Assembly: GCA_030549895.1 (NCBI GenBank)
Contig: JAUQQM010000001.1
Location: 44,091 to 108,090 of the forward strand
Reading direction: 5' to 3'
From: Patescibacteria group bacterium
Lineage (GTDB): Bacteria > Patescibacteriota > Minisyncoccia > UBA6257 > HR35
DNA: 64,000 nucleotides
The notes below the pieces were generated by a model. That model searched no databases and had not been told where the DNA came from. It worked only from the letters and a program-made list of their open reading frames with translations. A program made the translations under genes and the position numbers. The first letter of the stretch is position 1. Every line of letters begins with the position of its first letter. Positions 38,214 through 48,900 of this stretch are shown piece after piece.

Positions 38214-39122
38214 ATGAGAAAAAAATTAGGTGCAGGGATAGTAACTTATAACAAAAAAGAATTATTTCAAGAATGCTTAAATTCTTTATTAAATCAGACT
38301 TTTAAACCAGATAGTATTTATATATTTGATAATGCATCAACTGATGGCACAACAGAATTTATTTTAAGATTATTTTTTAATGATTTGGTCTATAACCAAG
38401 ACTGGATTAATAGTATTTTTAATAATGTAAGAATCTTTTATAAAAGAAATAATGAAAATATGGGAAGCTCTGTGGGTTTTTTTGAGCTTTCAAAAAAAAT
38501 GTTTGATGATGGGCATGAGTATATTTTGATTACGGATGACGATGTTTTATTTAAGGAAGATTATATAGAAAGATTGCTAAATTTTACAGAAAAAAATAAC
38601 TACAAAATGGTAACATCTTTAATGGTTGAGAATTTTAAAGATTTTAAAGTAAAAAGTGAAAGTCCTATTTTTGCTGGTGGTTTAGTTTCTAGAGATGTTT
38701 TTGAAAAAATAGGTTTTCCAGTTAATGATTATTTTATATATTGGGATGATGTTGAATTTGTTATTAGAGCTGAAAAAGCCGGCTTTAGAATACAAGTTTG
38801 TAAAGAGGCTTTTTGTATTCATGACCAATTTAGGTTTAATAAAGAGGTTATAAAAAAACAAATTAATTTTTTAGGATTTAAAAAAGAGTATTCTAATACA
38901 AATGATTGGAAATTTTATTATGCTTACAGAAATATGGTAATAACTTTAATAAAGCATAAAAAATTTTTTGATTTATTTGTAAAAATTATAAGAGCAATAA
39001 TTTTGGCTTTTATTTTTTTAATTTATAAAGAAATAAATAAATTTAGATTAATTTTATGGGGATTAAAAGATGGTTTATTAATGCGAAAAGGTAAAAATGA
39101 AAAAGTTTTCAAATTTAAGTAA
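38214..39122 (+). CDS. Family 2 glycosyltransferase (rhamnosyl/galactofuranosyl-transferase-like)
   Basis: GIVTYNKKE...IFDNASTDGT...ITDDDV motifs. Confidence 0.75.
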   Translation: MRKKLGAGIVTYNKKELFQECLNSLLNQTFKPDSIYIFDNASTDGTTEFILRLFFNDLVYNQDWINSIFNNVRIFYKRNNENMGSSVGFFELSKKMFDDGHEYILITDDDVLFKEDYIERLLNFTEKNNYKMVTSLMVENFKDFKVKSESPIFAGGLVSRDVFEKIGFPVNDYFIYWDDVEFVIRAEKAGFRIQVCKEAFCIHDQFRFNKEVIKKQINFLGFKKEYSNTNDWKFYYAYRNMVITLIKHKKFFDLFVKIIRAIILAFIFLIYKEINKFRLILWGLKDGLLMRKGKNEKVFKFK

Positions 39123-39130
39123 TAATTAAT

Positions 39131-40105
39131 ATGAAAAAACTATCTTTTATTATTCTAACCTATAACTCAGAAGACGATATAAAAGATTGTTTGGATTCTT
39201 TGTTAAAAAATTTTGATTCAAAAGAAGCAGAGATAATAATCTGGGATAATGATTCATCTGATAATACAAAAAAGATTTTAGAAGATTACAAAAAATTTGA
39301 TTTTATAAAAATTATTTTCAATAACTCTAATATTGGTTTTGCTGAAGGAAATAATGAAGCAAGTAAGTTTGCTAATGGTGAATATATTTGTTTGTTAAAT
39401 GCGGATACTATTTCGGATTACAAGGTTTTTAAGGAAATTTTATATTATATGGAAAATAATAAAGAAATAGGAATCGTTGGCCCTAAATGTGTTAGCGAAA
39501 ATGGTGTTATTCAAGAATCATACGGTTATTTTCCTACCATTCTAAGAGAATTTTTAGGTAAGTTTTTTATGTCATTATACCTAGAAAAAATACCTCTAAT
39601 AAAAAAACTTAAAAATAAATTATTATATCAAGATAATCTGAAAGAAGTTGATTGGGTTGGAGGAGCCTGTGCTATTATAAGAAAAAATGTATGGGATAAG
39701 ATAGGGGGTTTAGATGTTACCTACTTTTTTAGTAATGGTGATATGATAGACTTTTGTTATAAAGCAAAAAATTTAGGATATAAAGTAATTTATTATCCTT
39801 TAGTTTCTATAATTCATAAAGGAAGTCGTTCGGTTACTAAAAATCTTCAATCAAGAATAACTGGCTTGAAAAGTGGATATTTAGGAACACTTTATTTCTT
39901 TAGTCAACATAATAAAAGTTTAGGTTATGTTTATTTTGTTAAATTCTGTTTTATATTTATTTCTTTAACTAAAGGTATAATAGGTAGTTTGCTTATTGTT
40001 TTTAATAGAAAATTTAAGGATTTAGCTTTAAGTCATTTTTATGTTGCTTTGTTTTTATTCAAAAATTTTTTCAATAATAATTTTAAAAAATTATGCAAAG
40101 AATAA
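39131..40105 (+). CDS. Family 2 glycosyltransferase
   Basis: LSFIILTYNSEDDI...IIWDNDSSDNT; C-terminal TM helices. Confidence 0.75.
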   Translation: MKKLSFIILTYNSEDDIKDCLDSLLKNFDSKEAEIIIWDNDSSDNTKKILEDYKKFDFIKIIFNNSNIGFAEGNNEASKFANGEYICLLNADTISDYKVFKEILYYMENNKEIGIVGPKCVSENGVIQESYGYFPTILREFLGKFFMSLYLEKIPLIKKLKNKLLYQDNLKEVDWVGGACAIIRKNVWDKIGGLDVTYFFSNGDMIDFCYKAKNLGYKVIYYPLVSIIHKGSRSVTKNLQSRITGLKSGYLGTLYFFSQHNKSLGYVYFVKFCFIFISLTKGIIGSLLIVFNRKFKDLALSHFYVALFLFKNFFNNNFKKLCKE

Positions 40106-41166
40106 TAATTTGTTCTCCGTCAAAAAATAACATAGTTGGTGGCGTAGAAAGGTTTTGTTATTTATTAAAAGATATTTTAGTTAATAATAATTTTAACGTT
40201 GAAATAGTTAGCAAAGAAGATATAGAAAATAATATTTTTTGGAAAATTTTTAAAAAAATAAAAGGTTTAGATTTAATTATTTTAGGATATTTACTAGGGA
40301 AACTGGCTAATAAACTGAAACCAGATTTAGTTATTACCAATGGTTTGTATGGTTTTAGTACTAAAATTAAATCAATTAATATAGAACACGGAACTTTTGC
40401 TGGTGCTTCAGATAAAATAGATAAAAATATTTTTAAAAAAATAATAAGAAAATATATTTGGGGTTATTTTGAAAAATTAGCTGTTCAAAAAGCAATAAAA
40501 GTTGTTGCTGTTTCAAAATATACCGAAGATTTAATTAAGAAATATTATAAAAGAAAAGACATAGAAGTTATTTTAAATGGGGTTGATATAAATTTATTTT
40601 CAAAAAAAGATAAATTTGAATCAAGAAAGATTTTCAACTTACCCCAAGATAAAAAATTAATTCTCTTTGTTGGTAGATTAAGCTACCAAAAATCTCCCGA
40701 AATTATTTATGAATTAGCAAAAAAATTTGAAAAAGATGATATATTTTTTGTTTTTGCAACTGATAGAGTTTTAAATTGGAATTTAAAAAACGCTATTTTT
40801 CTTTTAAATGTTGATTATCAAAAATTACCATTTTTATATTCAGCTTGTGATGTTTTTATTCTTCCTTCCAAACACGAAGGTTTTGCTTTTACTTTAATAG
40901 AAGCAATGGCGTGTGAAATTCCTTTTGTTATTTCAAAAGTAGGAGGTGCTTATGAAATTTTAGAAAAAACACCAGAATTAAGTGAGTTTGTTTTAGATAA
41001 TTTAAATGTTGATGAATGGTACAATAAAATAAAAAAAGTTTTATTTTTGGAAGAAAAGAAATTGGAGAAAATTAGAAAAATAGAAAGAAAGTTTGTCTTA
41101 GAAAATTGCTCTTTACAAATTTTTGAAAGAAAATATTTAAATTTGATAATGGGTATAATTAAATAA
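40093..41166 (+). CDS. Family 4 (group 1) glycosyltransferase
   Basis: C-terminal GT-B motifs FVGRLSYQKSPE...EGFAFTLIEAMACEIPFV. Confidence 0.75.
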   Translation: MQRIIICSPSKNNIVGGVERFCYLLKDILVNNNFNVEIVSKEDIENNIFWKIFKKIKGLDLIILGYLLGKLANKLKPDLVITNGLYGFSTKIKSINIEHGTFAGASDKIDKNIFKKIIRKYIWGYFEKLAVQKAIKVVAVSKYTEDLIKKYYKRKDIEVILNGVDINLFSKKDKFESRKIFNLPQDKKLILFVGRLSYQKSPEIIYELAKKFEKDDIFFVFATDRVLNWNLKNAIFLLNVDYQKLPFLYSACDVFILPSKHEGFAFTLIEAMACEIPFVISKVGGAYEILEKTPELSEFVLDNLNVDEWYNKIKKVLFLEEKKLEKIRKIERKFVLENCSLQIFERKYLNLIMGIIK

Positions 41167-42042
41167 ATGATTGACGTAATAATTCCAACAAGAAATAGAA
41201 CTAATAGTTTAAAGAAAGTTTTGCCTACTTATTTAAGGCAGAAATATTTAAATAAGATAATAATTATTGATGATGCCTCTGATGAAAATAATAGAAGAGA
41301 ACTTGAAAATTTATTAAAAATTGACAATAGAATTATTTATAAGAGATTTGAAAAACAAATATTTCTTCCTCAAGCAAGAAATGAAGGGATAAATCTTTCA
41401 ACAGCCGAATATATTTTTATGGGAGAAGATGATGTTTATTTAGAAGATAATCATCTTGAAATTCTGGTAGATTTAATGAATAAATATAACGCAGATTTAA
41501 TTGCTGGAAGGAGAATTTATATTAAAGAAAATCAAAACTTTGAAGAAGCTAAAAAAGAGGCTGATAAAGATAAAAGACCAATATTTACTCGATTTCCATT
41601 AGAAGGGTATTTTGAGAGATATTTTGAGGAAGAGATCTTAGATCCTTTATTTCTTCATTCAAATGTTTTAGTAAAAAGAAAGGTGTATGAAAATGTTTTA
41701 TATGATCCTTGGTATAGAGGAAATTCCTTTAGAGAAGATTTAGATTTTTTCCTTAGAGTTTCTGAGTTGGGGTTTAAAATGGTTTTAACTAATAAAACTT
41801 CTTGTTTTCATATAAAAGATTCGATTAATAAAAAAGGTGGGGCAAGAATGAAAAGATTGATTTATGAATACTATGTATGGAAAAATACATTTTATTGTTT
41901 TTACAAAAATAGAAGGATTTTAAGAAAAAAATTAAAGATAAAATTTCCCTTACTTCATGCTTTCTTATCTTTAATTTTGAGGTATCCTTACGCTTTATAT
42001 AGAAGAATAATATGGAAAATTCATCAAAGAAAAAACTATTAA
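41167..42042 (+). CDS. Family 2 glycosyltransferase
   Basis: IDVIIPTRNRTNSL...IIIIDDASDE. Confidence 0.7.
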   Translation: MIDVIIPTRNRTNSLKKVLPTYLRQKYLNKIIIIDDASDENNRRELENLLKIDNRIIYKRFEKQIFLPQARNEGINLSTAEYIFMGEDDVYLEDNHLEILVDLMNKYNADLIAGRRIYIKENQNFEEAKKEADKDKRPIFTRFPLEGYFERYFEEEILDPLFLHSNVLVKRKVYENVLYDPWYRGNSFREDLDFFLRVSELGFKMVLTNKTSCFHIKDSINKKGGARMKRLIYEYYVWKNTFYCFYKNRRILRKKLKIKFPLLHAFLSLILRYPYALYRRIIWKIHQRKNY

Positions 42043-43256
42043 TTTTTCTTCACAAGTTCCCTTATCCAGATAATGACAGCACTAAATTTAGGATTTTAAA
42101 TTCTGTAATTTTACCTCTCAGACAATATTTTGATATTAAAATTTTTGTAGTTACTTATGAAAATATAAAAAAAGAGGATTTGAATTTTCTAAAAAATATT
42201 GCTCCTTTAGAGTTTTATATTTTTCCTAAGTGGAGATTTTTTTTAAATATTTTATTAAACTTTTTTAGCTTTAGACCCTTTCAGACAGAAATGTTTTTTT
42301 TTAGAAATATTTTTTTGAAATTTCAAGAAGAAGCTAAAAAATTTGATGTAATATACATTCATACTGTCCGTTTAGGTAAATACATAGAAAAATTGTCTCC
42401 AGAATTAAGAGAAAAGATAATTCTTGATTTTAATGATTCAATTGCGATGCATTATTTAAATGGCTGGAAATATTATCCATGGCATTTAAAATTTGGAATA
42501 TTATTTGAGGGTTATAAATTATATTTTTATGAAAAGTTACTACTTAAAATTTTGAATAATTTTACGATAGTTTCAGAAGTAGATAAAGAATTTATTCTTA
42601 AAAATGTTAAAGAGGATTATATGAAAAATAAAAATTTTATTGTTACTTACATAAGCGCAAAAGTTAAAGACATCGAAAAATCAAATGTCGTAGATAATAA
42701 AAATGCCAGTAAATACATTTGCTTTATGGGTAATTTGAGATATTATCCTAATTGTGAGGGTATTATTCATTTTTTAAAGGATATTTGGCCATCCATTAAA
42801 AGAGAGTTTAAAGATTTAGAGTTTTTAATAATCGGCGATGTTGATAATTCCTTAAAAAAGAAATTTAAAAAAATAGATGGAGTTAAATTTTTAGGTTTTG
42901 TAGCTGACCCTACTTTAATAATTTTGAAAAGTTTAGCCTTTGTCTCACCGGTTAGAATTGGGGCTGGTTTACAAGGAAAAATTGTTGAAGCTATGGTATT
43001 GGGTCAAATTGTTATTTGTTATTATTTGAATATAAAAAAAGTGAATGGATTTGAGGATAGAAAAAATATTATGATATGTAAAGATTTTAACCCCACCGAA
43101 TGGGTAGAAGCTTTAAAATTTATTATAAATAATCGAGAAGAAGCAGAAAAAATTAAAAAAATTGCTAAAAATTTAGCTTTAACTGAATTTACTCCCCAAA
43201 AGGTTTGGGAAAAATACTTTTTTATTTTTAAAAACGTCTCTAATTATGAAGAATAA
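42012..43256 (+). CDS. Glycosyltransferase, group-1-like (GT-B)
   Basis: C-terminal half ...FMGNLRYYPNCEG...GAGLQGKIVEAMVLGQIV resembles GT4 donor-binding domain. Confidence 0.55.
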   Translation: MENSSKKKLLIFLHKFPYPDNDSTKFRILNSVILPLRQYFDIKIFVVTYENIKKEDLNFLKNIAPLEFYIFPKWRFFLNILLNFFSFRPFQTEMFFFRNIFLKFQEEAKKFDVIYIHTVRLGKYIEKLSPELREKIILDFNDSIAMHYLNGWKYYPWHLKFGILFEGYKLYFYEKLLLKILNNFTIVSEVDKEFILKNVKEDYMKNKNFIVTYISAKVKDIEKSNVVDNKNASKYICFMGNLRYYPNCEGIIHFLKDIWPSIKREFKDLEFLIIGDVDNSLKKKFKKIDGVKFLGFVADPTLIILKSLAFVSPVRIGAGLQGKIVEAMVLGQIVICYYLNIKKVNGFEDRKNIMICKDFNPTEWVEALKFIINNREEAEKIKKIAKNLALTEFTPQKVWEKYFFIFKNVSNYEE

Positions 43257-44157
43257 AAATATATTAATTGTTAAAATTGGAGCGTTGGGCGATGTGGTAA
43301 GAACAACACCTATTTTGAGGGTTTTAAGAGGAAATAGAATATACTGGTTAACAAGCAAAAAGGCTATTCCCCTTTTGCCATCTAAAGGGTATTTTATAAA
43401 AAAAATTTTTTCTGTCGAAGAAATAAATAAGCTTAAAAATATTAAATTTGATTTGGTGATTAATTTAGAAGAAGACCTGGAAATTGCTAAATTTATAACG
43501 AAAGAGTTAATTTATAAAAAAATTATTGGTGTATTTTACTCTGAGAAAGAAAATAAATTAAGATATACAAAAGAATCTAAGAAATGGTACGATATGAGTT
43601 TAATTTCAGAGCTTGGTTTAAAGAAGGCTAATAAACTGAAATGGGAAAATAAATTATCTTATCAGGAAATTTTATTTTCAATGATAGGTAAAAAATTTAA
43701 GGGTGAGGAATACGTAATTAACTATAAAGTTCGAAATAATTTTAAAAATAAACCCAAAATAGTAGCTATAGAAAAAAATGTAGGAGAAAGATGGCCGATG
43801 AAAAGATGGCCTTTTTATCATTTTTTAAAACCTAAATTAGAAAAGATGGGTTATAAAGTTTTTTATTTAAAATATTACCGAGACATTATAGATTATGTAA
43901 GAGAAATAGATAAATGTGATATTTTAATTTGTGGCGATACTTTAGCAATGCATTTAGGTTTAGCTCTAAAAAAGAAAATTTTAGCTATATTTATTTGCAC
44001 ATCTCCTTCTGAAATTTATGATTACGGCATGATGGTAAAAGTTGTTAGCCCAAAACTTAAACAAGCTTTTTATAAGAAAAGTTATGATAGAAAATTAGTT
44101 TCTGCTTTAAAAGTTAAAGATGTTCTAAGTAAATTTTATGAATTGTTAAAGCTTTAA
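43246..44157 (+). CDS. Family 9 glycosyltransferase (heptosyltransferase-like)
   Basis: N-terminus ILIVKIGALGDVVRTTPIL; C-terminal ...ILICGDTLAMHLGLAL (GT9 signature). Confidence 0.65.
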   Translation: MKNKNILIVKIGALGDVVRTTPILRVLRGNRIYWLTSKKAIPLLPSKGYFIKKIFSVEEINKLKNIKFDLVINLEEDLEIAKFITKELIYKKIIGVFYSEKENKLRYTKESKKWYDMSLISELGLKKANKLKWENKLSYQEILFSMIGKKFKGEEYVINYKVRNNFKNKPKIVAIEKNVGERWPMKRWPFYHFLKPKLEKMGYKVFYLKYYRDIIDYVREIDKCDILICGDTLAMHLGLALKKKILAIFICTSPSEIYDYGMMVKVVSPKLKQAFYKKSYDRKLVSALKVKDVLSKFYELLKL

Positions 44158-44169
44158 TTCTGTTAGTTT

Positions 44170-44367
44170 CTACTTAATACCAAAATACTTTTTACAAATT
44201 TCTATTCCTTCTTCTAATTTACAAAATTTTGCTTTAGGATTTAAATTTTCTTTTTTACCTTCACTTAAATTATCAACAACAATAACTTTATGGCCATCAT
44301 TTATGAGTCTGTTCGTTAAGTGACTTCCAATAAATCCTGCTTCACCAGTGACTAAAATTTTTGCCAT
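44170..44367 (-). pseudogene. 65-codon 5' remnant of an NAD-dependent sugar epimerase/dehydratase (GalE/RmlB-like)
   Basis: [37 protein letters not shown] is the canonical SDR N-terminus. The ORF ends after about 45 conserved residues, abutting the convergent GT9 gene. Confidence 0.65.
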
Positions 44368-44516
44368 ATTCTTAAATTATAAACTAGAAAGCATTATTAC
44401 TAGATATAGACTATTATAAGGAGAGATTAAATGAGATTGAAATTTGAGTAAATAATATAAAATTATTGAGCCATTTGTTGAAGAGCCTATAACTAGATAA
44501 AGTTTCTTATGGTCTT

Positions 44517-45194
44517 TTAAGTTATGGTTATGATATTGGTTTTTAACTTTAAGAGATCTAAAGTAGTCTTTATTCCATGTTTTATTGGAAAAAGTTTTGA
44601 CTCGCCCGCGCGTGGATAATAAGGAATATTTATTTCATCAAATTTGAATCCAGCTAAAATTGTTTTTATTTTTAATTCTTGAGATAAAGGCATATCGCCT
44701 GATTCAAGATTTATTTTCTTTAAAATTTCTTTTTTAAAAATCATCATTCCTGATTGAGAATCTTTTAGTTTTAAGCCAAAAAGAAAATTTGCTAATAAAG
44801 TTAAAAATTTATTTCCTAAAACTCTTGTAAAATTTAAAGAATTTTTATTTTGTAAAGGAAAACGAGAGCAATTTAAAAAATCTAAATTATTTTTTTCTAA
44901 ATATTCCACAACTTCTAAAATTTTTTCTCCTGGATATTGAGCATCAGCATCTAGGGTTACAATAATATCTCCCTTTGCTTCTCGGAAACCTCTTTGTAAA
45001 GCATAACCATAACCTTGTTTTGTTTCTTTTACAACTTTTGCTCCCAATTTTTTCGCAACTTCTGCTGTTTTGTCACTTGAGTTATTGTTAACAACGATAA
45101 TTTCTAGTATTTTTTCTGTTTTTGGTATTTTATTTAAAGTTTTAGCTATGCCTCTTTCCTCGTTATAAGCTGGTATAACTATAGAGATTTTCAT
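44517..45194 (-). CDS. Family 2 glycosyltransferase (polyprenyl-phosphate hexose transferase, DPM1/ArnC-like)
   Basis: ISIVIPAYNEERGI...VVNNNSSDKTAEVA...TLDADAQY. Confidence 0.75.
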   Translation of the reverse strand: MKISIVIPAYNEERGIAKTLNKIPKTEKILEIIVVNNNSSDKTAEVAKKLGAKVVKETKQGYGYALQRGFREAKGDIIVTLDADAQYPGEKILEVVEYLEKNNLDFLNCSRFPLQNKNSLNFTRVLGNKFLTLLANFLFGLKLKDSQSGMMIFKKEILKKINLESGDMPLSQELKIKTILAGFKFDEINIPYYPRAGESKLFPIKHGIKTTLDLLKLKTNIITIT

Positions 45195-45279
45195 ATAAAA
45201 ATTTTAAAACAAAATTTTTGTAGATATCCACAAATTTACTTGCAATTTTTTTTGAGTTTTTATAAAATTTTCAAAATTT

Positions 45280-45987
45280 ATGAAATGGATTTTGACTGTT
45301 ATTTTTAATTTTTTAGTTTGTATTTTTCTTTTATTTTGGGGTTTTTTAGCTGGATATAATCTTAGAAAGATTACAGCAAGGCTTTACGATAAATATCAAC
45401 TTTATCTTTTAGAGAAAGAATTTTCTAAAACTCCCTATGCAATTGAAATGAGAAATGACTTTTTTGGAGGGAATACTCCTCGGGAGGCTTGGAAAAAGTT
45501 TAGAAACGAACTTCAAGCAGGAAATTTAGATAAGGCAGTTAACTATTTTTGGGGTATTTGGGGAGATGAAAAAGAAAAAAAGCGCTGGAGAGAATATTTA
45601 GAAGAAAAGAAAGATAGCATTTTAAAGTATCCTGAAAAGTTAGTTTTTTCTAAAGAGCTTTTAAATGAAGATCTTTTTGACGAAGAAGTAGGCGCGATTT
45701 TAGCTAGAAAAGAGAATGGAAAACTTTATGGCGGCGAAATTGTTTTTAGAAAAAATCACTATACTAATCTTTGGAAAATAAGAGATATTGATGTAGATGA
45801 AGATTTTTCTTATAGTTTAGAAGAATATTATAAAGAAGCCTACAAAGGTTTTGAAAATTTTGTTCATTGGAAATTTACAGAAGAAGAGAAAGTAGAACAA
45901 TCAAAATTGATTACCCAACATTATTATAGAGATAAAATGCTTGTTGAAAAAGCTTATGAAATCTTATATGGAGAAAAATTAAAGTAA
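45280..45987 (+). CDS. Hypothetical membrane-anchored protein
   Basis: N-terminal TM. Stop overlaps the start region of the giant gene (operon). Confidence 0.4.
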   Translation: MKWILTVIFNFLVCIFLLFWGFLAGYNLRKITARLYDKYQLYLLEKEFSKTPYAIEMRNDFFGGNTPREAWKKFRNELQAGNLDKAVNYFWGIWGDEKEKKRWREYLEEKKDSILKYPEKLVFSKELLNEDLFDEEVGAILARKENGKLYGGEIVFRKNHYTNLWKIRDIDVDEDFSYSLEEYYKEAYKGFENFVHWKFTEEEKVEQSKLITQHYYRDKMLVEKAYEILYGEKLK

Positions 45988-45989
45988 TT

Positions 45990-48900
45990 ATGACAATAAA
46001 ATTATTTTTAATTTTATTGTCACCGATAATAATTTTAGGTAGTTTACTTTCTTATTCTCCTTATAATACTCATCAGGTTTTAACTGAACAAATAGCAGAA
46101 TTTTATAATCTAACTACTAATGAAAGAAGACTGACAGCTCAAGAAATTGAGTGGATGAAACAAGGAGCTGCTGATGAAGATTATCCACCAAGATGGTACA
46201 ATCATTTTTATAATCCTTTAACTGGTAAAGGTTGGACGGGTTCAAGATTAGGTAAACTTAATGCTCAACATGTTTTAAATAAATTGAAAGAATTAGGTTT
46301 AATGGTTTATGATCCAGTAAGTTCTATTGAGTGGGCAAAAAATCATTATTTTCAAGCAAGAGAAGATGATTATTGGACTTGGGATTTTGGTATAGCAAAA
46401 TATGGTGAAGGTGATTATGAAAAGGCATTCAAAACATTAGGACATATTTTGCATCTTTTAGAAGATCTAACTGTACCAGAACATGTAAGAGACGATGCTC
46501 ATCCAGATTTAGGAATTATTGGAGAGATATTTAAGAATCTTCAAGATGGTTCTCCTTATGAATCATGGGCTAAAGAATATACTCTTTCAAATTACAATAA
46601 AATTAATCTAGCTAAAGAGCTTTTTGAAAAAGGCCAAATTCCTTATGAAGTTAGTTCTCTTGAAGAAGCTTTTCATAATCTTGCTTTATTTGTAAATGCT
46701 AGCTTTTTCAGTCCTGATACAATAGGAGTTCCAGAATTTCCTGAACCAGATATAAATAAACTTGAGATAAATAAAGATCTTGTTTACTATAAAAATACAG
46801 TCGTGGCTAAACTTGAAAAAGAAGGGATAAAAGTGGTTAAAGAAATAGCTCCTTATATTTGGGAGAAAGTTACTCCAGAACTTTTAAAATATGGAGCAGG
46901 TTTAGTTAATTTGTTTTTGAAAGAAGCTGAAAATACAAAACAAGATGCTGATATTATGAGTTATTATATCTACAGAACTTCACTAACTCAAATGGGGGAA
47001 AGAATATTAAGTTGGAATATTTATCATACTTCACCTTTGATGCAAATTATAAGATTCACTAATTCAATAGATAAAGTAAAAGGTAAAATTACTCTTTCCT
47101 ATTATAGTTTGAAAGACAAATTTTTAAAGAAGACTAATGAAGTTAATGAGGATCAAATAAAAAGTGAAGAAATATCTCAAAAGGATGTAAGTTTATGGAA
47201 AAATCAAGTAATTGAAGATAGTAACCTTTCAGTTAAAGAAGAATCAAATAAAATTGAAGAAGAAAAAAGTTTTCAAAAAGAAGGAAAAGTTGCTGGATTA
47301 ATTTCAGAAGAGCCCAAAAAGATTCTTGAGGACAAAATTGAAATTTCTGAAAATAAAGTCACTGAAAATAAAATTTCTCAAAAAGACTCTAAAGTAAATA
47401 AAATAGAAACTTTAAAACCCTTACCAACATTAATTAAAAAACAAAAATCTGATGAAAAGCCTGAAGAAGATAAAGAAAATAAAAAATTACAAGACTCGAA
47501 CAAAAAAGACGCTCGTCAGCCGATTGTAATTGGTGGAGGTTATAGTTCAACTCAACAATCTGACTCTAGTAGTTCAAAATGCAAATTTGATAGTTCAGAG
47601 AAGTTTCCTAAAGTAATAATTAATGCAATAAAATTTGAAGGAGAAAATTCTAAAGATGAATTTATAGAACTTTATAATCCAAATAATTTTGAAGTTAATC
47701 TTTCTTGCTGGTCATTAGCGAAAAAGACAGCTGGAACTCAAAATACTGAATTTAGTCCTTTAGTTACAAAAAAAGAATTTAGTGGTAAGATTCCGCCTTA
47801 TAGTTTCTTTTTAATAGTTCATCCATCTTCATCTTTAAAAGAAAAAGACTTAGAGTATTCATCATTTTCTTATAGTATCTCTAAAAATAATGTTGTTGCT
47901 CTTTTAGATCCTAACAATCAGATTGTCGATCTTGTTGGTTTTGGTGACAATAAAGAGAAAATTAAGGATTTTGAAAAAGAACCATTTATTTTTCAAGACT
48001 TACCCACAGGGGCTTTTATAGAAAGAATTAATATGAAAGATTCAGATGACAATAGTCAAGATTTTCAAATAACAAAGCGATCTCCCTATAATTCAAAAAT
48101 TTCAAAAAGACCAAAAGAAAAAATTTACAAATTAAGCGAACTTGCAAGTTTGAGTCCAGATGATTTTCAAATTTTTCCTCAAAATAGAAAGCTTTTAATC
48201 TATGTTAAAGAACCATATTTTCCTGATGATCTTCAGCCAGTAAGTAATATTTTAATTTTTTCAACCTCAATTCAACCAGTCTCTCTTGAACTTACTTATA
48301 AAGGGAAAGAAAACACTTTTGTTTTAGATTTTTGCCAGGAAGGAAATTATGAGGCAGAACTTAAAATATATGATAGCGATAATGAACTTAACTTTGTAAG
48401 TTTTAAGACAAACTTTACTATAGAAAACTCAGCTTGCACCTTAGAGAGTTTCCCAAAAATTTTAATAAGCGAAGTTTTAATTGAAACAGAAACAAACTCT
48501 AAAGATGAATTTATAGAACTTTATAACCCTAATGACTTTGAAATTGATCTTTCAAATTATAAAATAGTAAAGAAAACATCAAGTGGCTCCCAGAAGACAA
48601 TACTTTCTTCAAATACTCAACCAAAACTTGAAGGTAAAATTCCACCTTATGGATACTTTTTAATTACTAATTCAAGCTCTACTTTTGTAGATATTGCTGA
48701 TTTAGTTTATCCTTATTCAAGTTCAAAAGCCTTAGCCGATAATAATACAATTTTAATTTTAGACTTAAATAATAAAGTTATTGATAAACTTGGTTGGGGC
48801 AGCGCAAAAGACTATGAGGGAAGTCCTTCTAATATTAAAGATGGTTATAGTCTAGAAAGAAAAGTTACCAAAGATTCAACTCCAGAAAGTTTAAGAAACT

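Noticed and set aside
45219-45229. DnaA-box-like ATATCCACA upstream of gene 45280
   Set aside because: It is a single 8/9 match in an AT-rich spacer. Chance occurrence is likely.
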